Assembly (NCBI GenBank): GCA_041640455.1
Contig: JBEQAF010000016.1
Coordinates: 1 to 31,328, forward strand
Length of the DNA: 31,328 nucleotides
Direction: 5' to 3'
Origin: a bacterium
GTDB taxonomy: Bacteria > CALINM01
Positions 15,620-26,026 of this stretch are shown here, one piece after another; position 1 is the first letter of the stretch, and every line of letters starts with the position of its first letter. The position numbers were made by a program, and so were the translations under genes. Below the pieces are notes generated by a model. That model was not told the origin of the DNA. It saw only the letters and a program-made list of their open reading frames with translations, and did not search any database.

Positions 15620-16633
15620 ATGAAGGATGATTTTAATGAGCTAAATCAAAAACATAGGAAGATATTGAATTACCTGATTGAGCTTCATATTTTTAAGTCC
15701 GAGCCGGTGGGTTCTAAAACTATTATTGAAAATTATCCTATAGATCTCAGCTCTGCTTCTGTAAGAAATTATCTGGAAGAGATGGAAAAAATGGGCTACA
15801 TATATAAACCCCATACTTCTGCTGGTAGAATCCCCACCGATAAAGGATATAGGTTTTATATATCAGAGATGCTAAAAAAAACTCAGGATCAGACCTTAGA
15901 GATTGATTTTCTTAAAAGAAAGCTTGATGAGTTGAAAGGTAACGTTCATGATTTTTTAAAATATCTTGCCCAGTTTATAGCTGATTTTACAAAAAAAACC
16001 GCTATTGTGATGCTACCAAAAATTGACGTGAGTAAACCTAAAAAAATTGATTTTATAAAGGTAAGTAAAAATAAGACTCTGGTTGTGACCCTCTATGATT
16101 ATGAGGTGCTGGAGAATAAGATTATTGAAACAAACGAGGATATCAATCAGGAGCTGTTAAACAGATTTTCAAATTATATAAATGACAGGCTGGCTAAGCA
16201 TGAAAGCATTGAGCTTATCAGAGAAAACCTGCTTTCAGAGATGCGGCATTTAAAGGATCTTTTTGACAGGATATTTTTTAATTTGCAGAAAGCTATTGAA
16301 GAGAGGCATCTGCTGATAGAAGGAGAAGATAATCTTCTTGATTTCCCTGAGTTTTCTCAGGTGGAGGATATCAAAAAGATTTTTAAAACCTTTAAGGAGA
16401 AGGCAAAATTTGTTGAACTACTTACAAAAAGTCTTGATAAAAAGGGGGTCAGGGTATGTATTGGCGATGAGCTTTCTACCGAGCTTAATAAAGCCGCTGT
16501 AGTACTTTCACCCTACGGTTCAGATTTTACTGGTGGGCTTGGAGTTTTTGGTCCCATGAGAATGGATTATGGTAATATTATTCCATTTCTTGTATCTACT
16601 GCAAGGTTTGTTGATGAGATAATTAAAGAATAG
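15620..16633 (+). CDS. hrcA: Heat-inducible transcription repressor
   Basis: 'EPVGSK', 'LSSASVRN', 'PHTSAGRIPTDKGYRFY', 'GPMRMDY'; precedes grpE-dnaK-dnaJ. Confidence 0.95.
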   Translation: MKDDFNELNQKHRKILNYLIELHIFKSEPVGSKTIIENYPIDLSSASVRNYLEEMEKMGYIYKPHTSAGRIPTDKGYRFYISEMLKKTQDQTLEIDFLKRKLDELKGNVHDFLKYLAQFIADFTKKTAIVMLPKIDVSKPKKIDFIKVSKNKTLVVTLYDYEVLENKIIETNEDINQELLNRFSNYINDRLAKHESIELIRENLLSEMRHLKDLFDRIFFNLQKAIEERHLLIEGEDNLLDFPEFSQVEDIKKIFKTFKEKAKFVELLTKSLDKKGVRVCIGDELSTELNKAAVVLSPYGSDFTGGLGVFGPMRMDYGNIIPFLVSTARFVDEIIKE

Positions 16634-16643
16634 AGAGGAAAAT

Positions 16644-17237
16644 ATGACTGACGAGTTAAAAAATCAGGATAATGCTGTAACTGATGAAGAGAAAAAACCT
16701 GAGACAGCAGAAGAATCCACCTCTAACGAGGATATTTTAAAGACTCTCATGGAGGAGAAGGAAAAGTTTTATAACAACTGGCTTAGAGCTGAGGCTGAGC
16801 TTGATAATTATAAGAAGCGGGTTGCCAGAGAAAAGGAAGATTTTAAAAAGTTTGCTCTGGAAGGCTTTATTAGAGACATATTAACACCCGTCGATTATCT
16901 TGAGATGGCAATAGCCCATACCAGGGAATCTAAGAATATTGATGCGCTCATTCAGGGCGTAGAATATACCATAAAATGTATGCTGGACATACTTAAGAGC
17001 TACGGGGTAGAGCAGGTAACGGGGATAGAACGGTTTGATCCGAACTTTTATGAAGCCTCTTCGGTGGAAGAGAGAGATGACCTGCCTGAGGGTACTATTA
17101 TTAAAGAGCTCAGAAAAGCCTACACCATACAGGGCAGACTGCTGAGAGCAGGCATTGTGGTTGTTTCAAAAAAAGCTGAAACTAAAGAAGAAGAGATTAA
17201 TAAAGAAAATAACAGTGAAAATATTAAGGAGGAATAG
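16644..17237 (+). CDS. grpE: Nucleotide exchange factor GrpE
   Basis: 'LRAEAELDNYKKR', 'FDPN..EA', 'RLLRAGIVVVSK'. Confidence 0.95.
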   Translation: MTDELKNQDNAVTDEEKKPETAEESTSNEDILKTLMEEKEKFYNNWLRAEAELDNYKKRVAREKEDFKKFALEGFIRDILTPVDYLEMAIAHTRESKNIDALIQGVEYTIKCMLDILKSYGVEQVTGIERFDPNFYEASSVEERDDLPEGTIIKELRKAYTIQGRLLRAGIVVVSKKAETKEEEINKENNSENIKEE

Positions 17238-17240
17238 TTT

Positions 17241-19142
17241 ATGGGTAAGGTTATAGGTATTGATCTGGGAACAACTAACTCGTGTGTGGCTGTAATGCAG
17301 GGTAACGATGTTACAGTTATACCTAATGCAGAAGGATCACGCACCACACCTTCAGTGGTAGCTTTTACTGACAGCGGAGAGCTACTGGTGGGACAGTTAG
17401 CAAAAAGACAGGCAGTAACAAATCCACTTAAGACCATCTATGCAGTTAAGAGGTTGATAGGAAGAAAATTTAATTCAAATGAGGTAAAAAGACATCAGCA
17501 GCTTGTGCCCTATAAGGTAATAGAATCAAACATTGGGGATGCATGGGTAGAAGCTGGTGGAAAACCTTATAGCCCCCAGCAGATTTCGGCTTATATTCTT
17601 CAGAAGATGAAGCAGACAGCCGAAGATTTTCTCGGTGAAAAGATTACTGAGGCAGTTATTACTGTGCCTGCCTATTTTAATGACAGCCAGAGGCAGGCAA
17701 CAAAGGATGCTGGAGAGATAGCAGGATTAAAGGTTCTAAGAATTATAAACGAGCCTACGGCTGCGGCTTTAGCATACGGTCTGGGGAAAAATAAAAAAGA
17801 AGAGAAGGTTGCCGTTTTCGATCTGGGAGGTGGAACCTTTGATATCTCCATACTTGAGATCGGTGAAGGCGTATATGAAGTAAAATCCACAAATGGTGAC
17901 ACATTTCTTGGCGGTGAAGACTTTGACCAGAGAATCGTTGATTATATTGCTAACGAATTTAAAAAGGAATCAGGAATTGACATAAGAACAGACAGAATGG
18001 CGCTTCAGAGATTAAAGGAAGCTGCAGAAAAGGCAAAATGTGAGCTTTCAACAGTTATGGAGACAGAGATTAACCTGCCATTCATCACAGCCGATGCATC
18101 AGGACCAAAGCATCTTTTAATGAAACTTACCCGGGCAAAATTAGAAGCTCTGGTGGCTGATCTTATAGAGCGGCTTGAAGAGCCCTGCAGAATCGCCCTT
18201 AAAGATGCTGGGCTAAAACCTGAAGACATAGACGAGGTAATATTGGTGGGCGGTATGACAAGAATGCCTAAGGTTCAGGAAAAGGTGAGAGAAATATTTA
18301 AAAAAGAACCTCACAAGGGCGTAAATCCTGATGAAGTGGTTGCCATTGGTGCGGCAATTCAGGCTGGTGTATTAAAGGGTGAGGTAAGGGATGTACTGCT
18401 TCTTGACGTTACACCCCTATCTCTCGGAATTGAGACACTTGGTGGTGTTTTTACCAAGATTATTGAGAAAAACACTACCATCCCCTGCAAAAGAAGTCAG
18501 GTATTTACTACTGCCGCAGATAATCAGACAGCGGTTACCATCAAGGTTTATCAGGGGGAGAGAGAGATGGCTCAGGATAATAAATTTTTAGGGCAGTTTG
18601 ATCTGATAGGGATTCCACCAGCTCCCCGCGGTATTCCTCAGATAGAGGTATCCTTTGATATAGACGCCAATGGCATTGTTCATGTTAACGCAAAGGATCT
18701 GGCAACACAGAAAGAACAGTCCATCAGGATAACTCCGAGTAGCGGTCTATCAAAGGAGGAGATTGAAAGGATGGTGAAAGATGCAGAGCTTCATGCTGAA
18801 GAGGATAGAAAGAAAAAAGAGCTTATAGACGCAAGGAATCATCTGGACGGGCTGGTCTATACCATTGAAAAGAATCTTAGAGATTTTGGTGATAAGGTTG
18901 ATGCCTCAACAAAATCATCGGTAGAGGAAGCCCTCAAAAAGGCAAAGGATGCTCTCGCATCCAATGACATTAACCTTATAAAATCTGCAACAGATGAGCT
19001 TGTATCAAAGTCCCACGCCCTTGCTGAGCTTATGTATAAACAGGCTCAGAGTCAGCAGTCTCACACGCAGGGTAGTGAAACTACCGGGGAGAAAAAGGAG
19101 GATGTGGTAGATGCCACATATGAAGAGGTAAAGGATAAATAA
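17241..19142 (+). CDS. dnaK: Chaperone DnaK (Hsp70)
   Basis: 'GIDLGTTNS', '[18 protein letters not shown]', 'DLGGGTFD', '[11 protein letters not shown]'. Confidence 0.99.
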   Translation: MGKVIGIDLGTTNSCVAVMQGNDVTVIPNAEGSRTTPSVVAFTDSGELLVGQLAKRQAVTNPLKTIYAVKRLIGRKFNSNEVKRHQQLVPYKVIESNIGDAWVEAGGKPYSPQQISAYILQKMKQTAEDFLGEKITEAVITVPAYFNDSQRQATKDAGEIAGLKVLRIINEPTAAALAYGLGKNKKEEKVAVFDLGGGTFDISILEIGEGVYEVKSTNGDTFLGGEDFDQRIVDYIANEFKKESGIDIRTDRMALQRLKEAAEKAKCELSTVMETEINLPFITADASGPKHLLMKLTRAKLEALVADLIERLEEPCRIALKDAGLKPEDIDEVILVGGMTRMPKVQEKVREIFKKEPHKGVNPDEVVAIGAAIQAGVLKGEVRDVLLLDVTPLSLGIETLGGVFTKIIEKNTTIPCKRSQVFTTAADNQTAVTIKVYQGEREMAQDNKFLGQFDLIGIPPAPRGIPQIEVSFDIDANGIVHVNAKDLATQKEQSIRITPSSGLSKEEIERMVKDAELHAEEDRKKKELIDARNHLDGLVYTIEKNLRDFGDKVDASTKSSVEEALKKAKDALASNDINLIKSATDELVSKSHALAELMYKQAQSQQSHTQGSETTGEKKEDVVDATYEEVKDK

Positions 19143-19164
19143 AAAAACAGAATTATTAATTTTT

Positions 19165-19189
19165 GAGCCCCCTCTTGCAGGGGGCTTTT
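19165..19189 (+). terminator. Hairpin / partial terminator between dnaK and dnaJ
   Basis: AGCCCCCT-CTTGC-AGGGGGCT followed by a short T run. Confidence 0.65.
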
Positions 19190-19205
19190 GCATTTGGAGG
19201 GAGTT

Positions 19206-20333
19206 GTGGCAAAAAAAGATTATTATGAAGTGCTCGGGGTTCCAAAAGATGCTTCTGATAATGATATAAAAAAGGCTTACAGGAATCTTGCTCTTAAATA
19301 CCACCCGGACAGAAATCCAGGCGATAAGCATGCTGAAGAAAGATTCAAAGAGATAAACGAGGCATACGAAGTCCTCTCAGATCCACAAAAGCGGGCAAGA
19401 TACGATAGGTTCGGGCATACTATGGGAGAAAGCCCCTTCAGTGGTGCAGAAGGCTTTGGTGGCTTTGGATTCGGAACTAACTTTGGTGACATATTTTCAG
19501 ATATACTTAATGATTTCTTTGGCGGTCAGACCGATAGAAGGACAAGAAGAGCAGAGCCCGGCGAGGATCTTCTATATAATCTGCATATCAGCTTTCTCGA
19601 ATCTGCTAAAGGTGCAGAAAAAGAGATAAATATCAGAAAAAAAGTCCTATGCGAAACCTGTGACGGAACTGGCGCAAAACCTGGTTCCAAACCAATTATA
19701 TGCGGTACATGTAATGGTAGAGGTAGTGTAAGATATCAGCAGGGCTTTTTCAGCATCAGCAAAACCTGTCACTCCTGTAAGGGAAGCGGCAAGCTAATAA
19801 CCGATAGCTGCAACACCTGTAGAGGAGAAGGGTTTGAATATAAACAAAAAAACATTAAAGTTAAAATTCCACCTGGCGTTGAAGATGGCATGCGTTTAAG
19901 ACTTAGAGGAGAAGGTAATCACGGCGAGAAGGGAGCTCCTAAGGGAGATCTTTTCATCCAGATAAACGTTGAAGAGGATAAATTTTTCAGCAGGCAAGGA
20001 GATGATATAATATGCGAACTGCCTATCAGGTTTACCATAGCAGCTTTGGGGGGAGAGGTAGAGGTACCCACCATAGATGGTAAGGTTAAACTCAAAATAC
20101 CTGAAGGATCTCAGAGCGGTAAGGTTTTGAGAATAAAAGGCAAAGGCATAACCAATATGAATACAGGAAGAAGAGGCGACCAGCTGGTGACATTAAGAGT
20201 AGAAGTACCAGTCAGGCTGAGTCAGAAACAGAAAAAGCTTTTAAAGGAGCTGGACGAGTCGCTTGATCAATCAAATACCCCTGAGAGCGAGAGCTTTTTC
20301 AGCAGATTAAAGGGATTTTTATCCCTGTTATAA
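19206..20333 (+). CDS. dnaJ: Chaperone DnaJ
   Basis: Start re-called at GTG 19206 (GGAGGGAG RBS); J domain with HPD, G/F region, four CxxCxGxG repeats. Confidence 0.97.
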   Translation: MAKKDYYEVLGVPKDASDNDIKKAYRNLALKYHPDRNPGDKHAEERFKEINEAYEVLSDPQKRARYDRFGHTMGESPFSGAEGFGGFGFGTNFGDIFSDILNDFFGGQTDRRTRRAEPGEDLLYNLHISFLESAKGAEKEINIRKKVLCETCDGTGAKPGSKPIICGTCNGRGSVRYQQGFFSISKTCHSCKGSGKLITDSCNTCRGEGFEYKQKNIKVKIPPGVEDGMRLRLRGEGNHGEKGAPKGDLFIQINVEEDKFFSRQGDDIICELPIRFTIAALGGEVEVPTIDGKVKLKIPEGSQSGKVLRIKGKGITNMNTGRRGDQLVTLRVEVPVRLSQKQKKLLKELDESLDQSNTPESESFFSRLKGFLSLL

Positions 20334-20882
20334 ATATAGACCGAGCCTGTAAAGCTCCTCATGGTAAGCAGGATATTTTTTGTGAGCATCTTTCTCCATA
20401 AGATCTGTGAAAAAAAGCATCCTTTCAATCTCCATACCAATGCTTTTTAGCATAATTTTATAATACTTTTTCACAAGATAAGCCTCTCTCTCAACATCAG
20501 TCTGGTTCATAGTGGTAATAACAAAAGCCTTTTTTTCCATAATCAGATTTTTATTGTTTTCATGGTAATAGAAAAAAAGTCTGTCAAAAAAGGTTTTCAT
20601 AAGCCCTGTAACGCCAGTAAAATAAAGCGGAGATGCCAATACAACCTTATGGCTCTTTTCCATAACCTTTCTGATATCTGTAAAATCATCTTCAATAAAA
20701 CACCTGCCTTCCGACCTGCAGGTATAACAACCTATGCAGTTGCCTATCTTTTTTTCTCTAAGAACAACCTGATAGCTTTTATTGCCCGCCTCTTTTACGC
20801 CATTAACCAGATGGATCAATAGATTATCCGTATTTCCATTTTCTCTGGCAGAACCATTGATAATCAGTATTTCTCTGCTCAT
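20328..20882 (-). CDS. Flavodoxin-fold iron-sulfur flavoprotein / NADPH-dependent FMN reductase family
   Basis: '[11 protein letters not shown]', CxxCxxCx5C ([13 protein letters not shown]), '[17 protein letters not shown]'. Confidence 0.85.
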   Translation of the reverse strand: MSREILIINGSARENGNTDNLLIHLVNGVKEAGNKSYQVVLREKKIGNCIGCYTCRSEGRCFIEDDFTDIRKVMEKSHKVVLASPLYFTGVTGLMKTFFDRLFFYYHENNKNLIMEKKAFVITTMNQTDVEREAYLVKKYYKIMLKSIGMEIERMLFFTDLMEKDAHKKYPAYHEELYRLGLYL

Positions 20883-20944
20883 TAGTCAACCTCAAATAAT
20901 ATTATGGTTAACATAATACAGACTGAACTCTATTTTTGCAATAT

Positions 20945-22105
20945 CTAAGAAGAAATCATTAATGATTTCAATAAAATGGTAGCAAAACTGCCTCTCGGAA
21001 GTTTAAATGATAAAGACAGGGCATATTTTTTCTGATACAGATCATCTTCTGATTCAGATAATATTTCCAAATCTTCTGGTATAACAATGGCTGCTCTCGG
21101 GAAGGATTTCATAATAACCTTTCTGTATTTTCTCTGACTGAATCTTGCCTGATAGAGCCCTTCTTCTCTCAGTACTTCATCATATATCTTTTCTGCAAGC
21201 TCCCTTTCAAAATGTGGCTTTATGCCAGGAACTGGTATTATCATGTCTTTAAAAAATTTAAACTCATCTTCAGATAGCCTGAGGTATGCAGGATAAATCC
21301 ACTCTTTTATCTGAATTCTATCGGTAACATTTTTGGTCAAAAGAAGTTTTTTAATCATATTATTCCACAGATAGGACTGGTAGGCAGAAAATGCCATAGA
21401 TATCTCCTCTTCTGGATAAAGATGTATGGCGTTTAAAAAGGCTTTTGGTTTTTCAGAAAGTAGTTGAAATATTTTTTTTTCAACCCCTGTTTTTGCATAC
21501 TCTTTAAGGCTACTAAAGTCTCCCCATCTTTCGAGAAAGATCCTTTTTCTCTCTTTTTCTTCCTTTTTATCTTCTGTGTGGATGGAACATAAAAGACATT
21601 TCAGTGCGCCGTTGTAATGGGCTTTTAAAAATTTTTCTGCAAAAAAACCCTGATTTTTATCATAGCTTCCGAATCTTTGCTCCCCAAAATAGTTAGGAAA
21701 TCCATATTTCTTAACCTCATCAATCCGTTCTTTTATCCTTAATATAATTTCTTTTGTCAGGTCTCTTATCTTTATCTCAAATCTATTGCCGATAATTAAT
21801 GATGGAGCTGCCCTGTCATAGGTTCTGCTAATAAAAGTCAGAGTAACATTCTCATTAATATGGGTTTTAGCTAATTTTCTATCGGAGGTTATGTACTGAT
21901 ATGTTTTGGCATATCTATCCTTTTTACCGCAGTAAGAGAGAGCATTAAAGCTTAAATTATTTTCCCTTGCTATGAGCTTTAGGGCGTCAATACTATTCCA
22001 GCCTGTTTTTTCGAGCATATAAAGATAGTATTTACCGTTATCAGAGCTTTTAAAATCTGTCTGCTCCTTTACTATAAAATCTTCTGGTTTGACCTTAATT
22101 TTCAT
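20945..22105 (-). CDS. truD: tRNA pseudouridine(13) synthase
   Basis: 'KVKPEDFIVKE', catalytic 'GKKDRYA', 'PNYFGEQRFG', 'SAYQSYLWN', 'FKLPRGSFAT'. Confidence 0.93.
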   Translation of the reverse strand: MKIKVKPEDFIVKEQTDFKSSDNGKYYLYMLEKTGWNSIDALKLIARENNLSFNALSYCGKKDRYAKTYQYITSDRKLAKTHINENVTLTFISRTYDRAAPSLIIGNRFEIKIRDLTKEIILRIKERIDEVKKYGFPNYFGEQRFGSYDKNQGFFAEKFLKAHYNGALKCLLCSIHTEDKKEEKERKRIFLERWGDFSSLKEYAKTGVEKKIFQLLSEKPKAFLNAIHLYPEEEISMAFSAYQSYLWNNMIKKLLLTKNVTDRIQIKEWIYPAYLRLSEDEFKFFKDMIIPVPGIKPHFERELAEKIYDEVLREEGLYQARFSQRKYRKVIMKSFPRAAIVIPEDLEILSESEDDLYQKKYALSLSFKLPRGSFATILLKSLMISS

Positions 22106-22164
22106 TTAGCCATTATGATAAAAAAGGTTATAATATTTAGCAATCTTCTTTTGGGAGCGGTTCG

Positions 22165-22797
22165 ATGGATAGGATAAAATTTGTTGAAATCATTCTGGAA
22201 AGACTTGAAAAGATATATCCTGAGGCTAAAACAGCCCTGAACTTTGAAACCCCTTTTCAGCTTCTTGTGGCAACCATACTTTCAGCTCAGACTACTGATG
22301 ATAGAGTTAATCTGGTAACTGAAAAGCTCTTTAAAAAGTTTAAAACCCCATCAGACTTTGCCAGCGCTCCGCTTGAAGAGATAATGGAGCTCATAAAATC
22401 GGTAAATTTTTATAGAAATAAGGCAAAAAACATAAAAGAAACATCAATAATAATTCAGGAAAAATTTAATGGCAAAGTGCCCGAGCGGATGGAAGAGCTT
22501 ATAACCCTGCCAGGTGTGGCAAGAAAAACAGCCAATATTGTCCTTTCAGAGGCATTTGGCATCTCCGAGGGGATAGCTGTAGATACCCATGTTAAAAGGC
22601 TTGCTGGTAGACTTGGGCTCTCAGATTATGATGATCCTGTAAAGATTGAAAAGGATCTGATGGAGATAACCCCAAAGCATAGATGGAGGGATATGTCAAA
22701 TCTGCTCATATTTCATGGACGTGCAGTCTGTCAGGCAAAAAAGCCCATGCATGATAAGTGTGTTCTTTTTGATATCTGTCCTTCAAAAAACATTTAA
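22165..22797 (+). CDS. nth: Endonuclease III
   Basis: 'LLVATILSAQTTD', HhH 'LPGVARKTAN', 'AVDTHV', C-terminal Fe-S loop. Confidence 0.96.
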   Translation: MDRIKFVEIILERLEKIYPEAKTALNFETPFQLLVATILSAQTTDDRVNLVTEKLFKKFKTPSDFASAPLEEIMELIKSVNFYRNKAKNIKETSIIIQEKFNGKVPERMEELITLPGVARKTANIVLSEAFGISEGIAVDTHVKRLAGRLGLSDYDDPVKIEKDLMEITPKHRWRDMSNLLIFHGRAVCQAKKPMHDKCVLFDICPSKNI

Positions 22798-22806
22798 GGA
22801 GTCCCG

Positions 22807-24108
22807 ATGAAAAAAACCTTTGTCATAGATACAAATGTGCTTATTCATGACCCTGAATGCATATTTAAGTTTGAAGATAATGATGTGGTAATACCAATTA
22901 CGGTTGTGGAAGAGCTCGATAAGCTCAAAAAAGGACATGGCGATATTCCTTATTCGGCAAGGCAGGCTCTAAGAATAATTGATTCCCTTAGGGAAAACGG
23001 AAATATTTCAAAGGGGATAAAACTAAGCACAGGCGGCGTCATTCAGGTAGCCATAGATAAGGAGTACAACCCTTGCAGTCCTGTGCTTATGGACAATCGG
23101 ATAATCTCACTTGCTCTTGAGCTTAACAATAAAAAGAGTAGAAAACCCGTTATTCTTGTCTCAAAAGATACAGCTGTGCGAATTAAGGCAGAGGCTCTCG
23201 GGATTACCGTTCAGGATTATAAGCACGATAAAACTTATCTTTTTCAAAAATATGGTTCTGTTCTGGAGAATGATGATTATAAAAACGGTATCAGGTCTAT
23301 TCGCTATTTAAAAAGAGGCGAGGAGATATTCCGAGTATGGGGCGAAAAAAATATGGAGCCCATAAGAAGATGGAAAAACATCATGGGAATAGCGCCTAAA
23401 AACATAGAACAGCTCTGTGCCCTCGATGCCCTTTTAACCGATAAGATAGATGTGGTTGCCATTACAGGAAAGGCGGGGACAGGAAAGACATTGCTTGCCT
23501 TAGCGGCTGGAATGCATCTTCTCGAAAAGAGTCTTGCCAGACTTCAAAGCGCAAAATCTTCAAATAAAGAGGCTGAAACTATTGTAGAAAGATATTTTGA
23601 GCAGATTCTGGTTGCAAGACCTGTTATCCCCATAGTAGGTCAGGATATAGGATATCTGCCTGGAGATGTGGAAGAAAAGCTTGGTCCATGGATGCAACCT
23701 ATTTATGATAATCTGGATGTGATTATAGGTACGCCTCAGGAATCTAAAAAAGAGGGGAAGCCTGTTAAATATAAGAGTTCAAGATATCTGATTGATTCAG
23801 GAATGATACAGATTGAGCCTCTTACCTATATCCGTGGGAGAAGCCTGCCTCACAGGTTTATTATTATTGACGAGGCACAGAATCTTAGACCTTTAGATGT
23901 TAAAACCATTATTACCAGATGTGGAGAAGGTACAAAGGTTGTATTTACTGGAGATCTCTACCAGATAGACACTCCCTATCTGGATTTTAGCTCCAATGGG
24001 CTTTCTTACCTGATTAGTCGTTTTATCCAGGAAGAAAATTTCTGCTATCTTAACCTTACCCAGAGCGCAAGATCTAAGCTTGCAGAAAGGGCGGCAGAGC
24101 TGCTATAA
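22807..24108 (+). CDS. PIN-domain + PhoH-family ATPase (PhoH2/YlaK-like)
   Basis: N-terminal PIN 'VIDTNVLIHDP..EELD'; Walker A 'GKAGTGKT', 'IGYLPG', 'YIRGRS', 'IDEAQN', 'GDLYQID'. Confidence 0.9.
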   Translation: MKKTFVIDTNVLIHDPECIFKFEDNDVVIPITVVEELDKLKKGHGDIPYSARQALRIIDSLRENGNISKGIKLSTGGVIQVAIDKEYNPCSPVLMDNRIISLALELNNKKSRKPVILVSKDTAVRIKAEALGITVQDYKHDKTYLFQKYGSVLENDDYKNGIRSIRYLKRGEEIFRVWGEKNMEPIRRWKNIMGIAPKNIEQLCALDALLTDKIDVVAITGKAGTGKTLLALAAGMHLLEKSLARLQSAKSSNKEAETIVERYFEQILVARPVIPIVGQDIGYLPGDVEEKLGPWMQPIYDNLDVIIGTPQESKKEGKPVKYKSSRYLIDSGMIQIEPLTYIRGRSLPHRFIIIDEAQNLRPLDVKTIITRCGEGTKVVFTGDLYQIDTPYLDFSSNGLSYLISRFIQEENFCYLNLTQSARSKLAERAAELL

Positions 24109-24111
24109 AAA

Positions 24112-25698
24112 CTATCTAAACTCTTTGCATTTATATACGACAAGCGGGGTATCATAATCATAATAGATGGGGACTAAAGTGTTAGCCAGTTTGGAACTCA
24201 AAAAACTGTTTGATATCGGATTTATCAGATACTGCATATTCTTATAATATTTTCTAACTGATTTCTCTGTTATAATAAGATATCTGTTGGGTGCTTTGCA
24301 AACAAGCTCTGCTAACTCATTCTCAGTCAGATTTTTACTGGCATCTTCATAATTGAGGTCTCCTGCATAGTAGGCGATTAGATAGTTGGGAGAGGTACTT
24401 ATCAGGGTTGAGTGAGGATCTACATTTTCTTTTAACCATAAACCTGTTGTCTTATGCATTCTTTCCTGATACAGCATCTCCTGAAACTCCCCAAGCTTTT
24501 CAAACTGGTAATAATTATCATAATATCCCCAAAAGGCGGTTATAAAAAAGATTAACAAAAACCAGACTATCTTCACTATTTTTGATTTAAAAAAATAAGA
24601 AAGTATTAAAGAAACTCCATATATACCTATCCCTGCCATAACTGATAAGACCGAATTGGCAGGTACTGCATATCTGATATCCACATTAAACAACAAAGGT
24701 GCTACTGCAGAAGAAAGCAAAGAAGCAAAAAATGCAAGCCCCTTTAAAAACTTAAAAGAGCTTTTACTTATTGCACTTCCAAAGGAGATAGTAAGTGCAC
24801 ATAAGGTTAAAAATAGATAAAAATTACCAAAGGATATAATCCTTATCAGGTTTAGAAAATTATTTTTTATATGCAGATAAGTTTTATATGGGTCATATTT
24901 AAAAATACCTAAATAACCTTGCACGTCATCTGGCACGTTAAGCATAATTCGCAACTGGGGTAGAACCTCTACAGATTTTCCTGCAAATATAAAATATCCA
25001 ACCTGACTTCTTAAAAACAAAAGATAGGGCAGTATTGTCAAAATAAAGCAGGCTATATTAATAATAACCCACAGGATCTTATCTCTCATAGAATGGCTGC
25101 TAAAAAAGAGGGAGAAAAGAGATAGGAGTAAAAATATTAAAGTCCCCTCACTCCTACCCAGATATACCAGACCAGCTGTAATGCCCGTAATAATGCCATA
25201 CTTAATAGGATTTCCGCCATCCAAAAATTTCAGGATAAAAAGGGCTAATAAAAAGAACATGAAAATGTATGTAGTTTCTGACATAACCAATACATTCACG
25301 AAAGCGATCTGAGGATGAAAGGTGTAGGGGATTACAGAAAAAACTCCAGCCTCCTTACTTCTAAAAATTCTCTTTACTATCAAATATATAGGAATAACGG
25401 TAAGTGATCCACAAGTAATATTAATGTAGCTACCAATCTGATCAAGCGGAAGTGGGATAAAGGAGAAGAGGGCAACTAAGGCAGGAAAAAGTGGAGTCCA
25501 GTTTACAGCCTCTTTTGCCATCCCGCCTTCTGTCATCTTCTTTGCTATTTTAAGATAATTATAACCATCATAATCAGGAACCATTACAAGATGATATCCT
25601 TTTAAATGAAACCTGAAAATAAACCCACCAACAATTATAAAAGATAAAAGGATTTCAAACCGATATTTATAGATAACATCTTTAAAAGTCTTCTGCAT
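24112..25698 (-). CDS. GT-C fold membrane glycosyltransferase (GT39/ArnT/PMT-like), copy 2
   Basis: Many TM segments; acidic motif after TM1 (PDYDGYNY), 'PLFP', 'YLGRSEG', 'DIRY', C-terminal soluble domain with 'IAYYAG'. Confidence 0.7.
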   Translation of the reverse strand: MQKTFKDVIYKYRFEILLSFIIVGGFIFRFHLKGYHLVMVPDYDGYNYLKIAKKMTEGGMAKEAVNWTPLFPALVALFSFIPLPLDQIGSYINITCGSLTVIPIYLIVKRIFRSKEAGVFSVIPYTFHPQIAFVNVLVMSETTYIFMFFLLALFILKFLDGGNPIKYGIITGITAGLVYLGRSEGTLIFLLLSLFSLFFSSHSMRDKILWVIINIACFILTILPYLLFLRSQVGYFIFAGKSVEVLPQLRIMLNVPDDVQGYLGIFKYDPYKTYLHIKNNFLNLIRIISFGNFYLFLTLCALTISFGSAISKSSFKFLKGLAFFASLLSSAVAPLLFNVDIRYAVPANSVLSVMAGIGIYGVSLILSYFFKSKIVKIVWFLLIFFITAFWGYYDNYYQFEKLGEFQEMLYQERMHKTTGLWLKENVDPHSTLISTSPNYLIAYYAGDLNYEDASKNLTENELAELVCKAPNRYLIITEKSVRKYYKNMQYLINPISNSFLSSKLANTLVPIYYDYDTPLVVYKCKEFR

Positions 25699-25928
25699 TC
25701 TTAATTCTTAAATGAGACTGTTTCCCTGGATTTAATACTATTTTATCTTCTAAAATGGTTATTTGGAATAAAATTACCAAATTTTACAAAAAATTAAAAA
25801 CAGCTATTCAAGGCTTTCAGGATAAATACTAAATTTGTCTTTTACTTGAAGGTAAAAACATCACTAAATTTATTAAAAATACCAAACTCAACTCTAAAAT
25901 AATAAACTGTTTAGAATAAATCTTAACC

Positions 25929-26024
25929 TTAGTCTCTTTCTTTTGCAAAAAATAAACTGAACTTATATACAGCTTTATTAATCAGCTCAATATAATTAGC
26001 GGCATATCTATCAAAATCAGCCAT
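25929..26024 (-). pseudogene. 31-codon ORF, probable N-terminal remnant of a class I SAM methyltransferase gene
   Basis: ATG 2 nt after the upstream GT stop: MADFDRYAANYIELINKAVYKFSLFFAKERD*. 'FDxYAxxY' is a typical methyltransferase N-terminus; the following AT-rich DNA has multiple in-frame stops. Confidence 0.4.
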
Positions 26025-26026
26025 AT

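Noticed and set aside
20328..20333. Convergent dnaJ and flavoprotein stops sharing the palindrome TTATAA
   Set aside because: Common compact arrangement in AT-rich genomes; no evidence of special function.
21472..21480. A9 run in truD (GAA AAA AAA ATA) as another recoding site
   Set aside because: truD is intact in one frame. It shows that A9 runs also occur by chance here, which is a caveat for the chlD claim.
22807..24108. PIN-PhoH gene as a toxin-antitoxin module
   Set aside because: No small antitoxin ORF upstream; nth ends 9 nt before it. Stand-alone PIN-PhoH genes are widespread.
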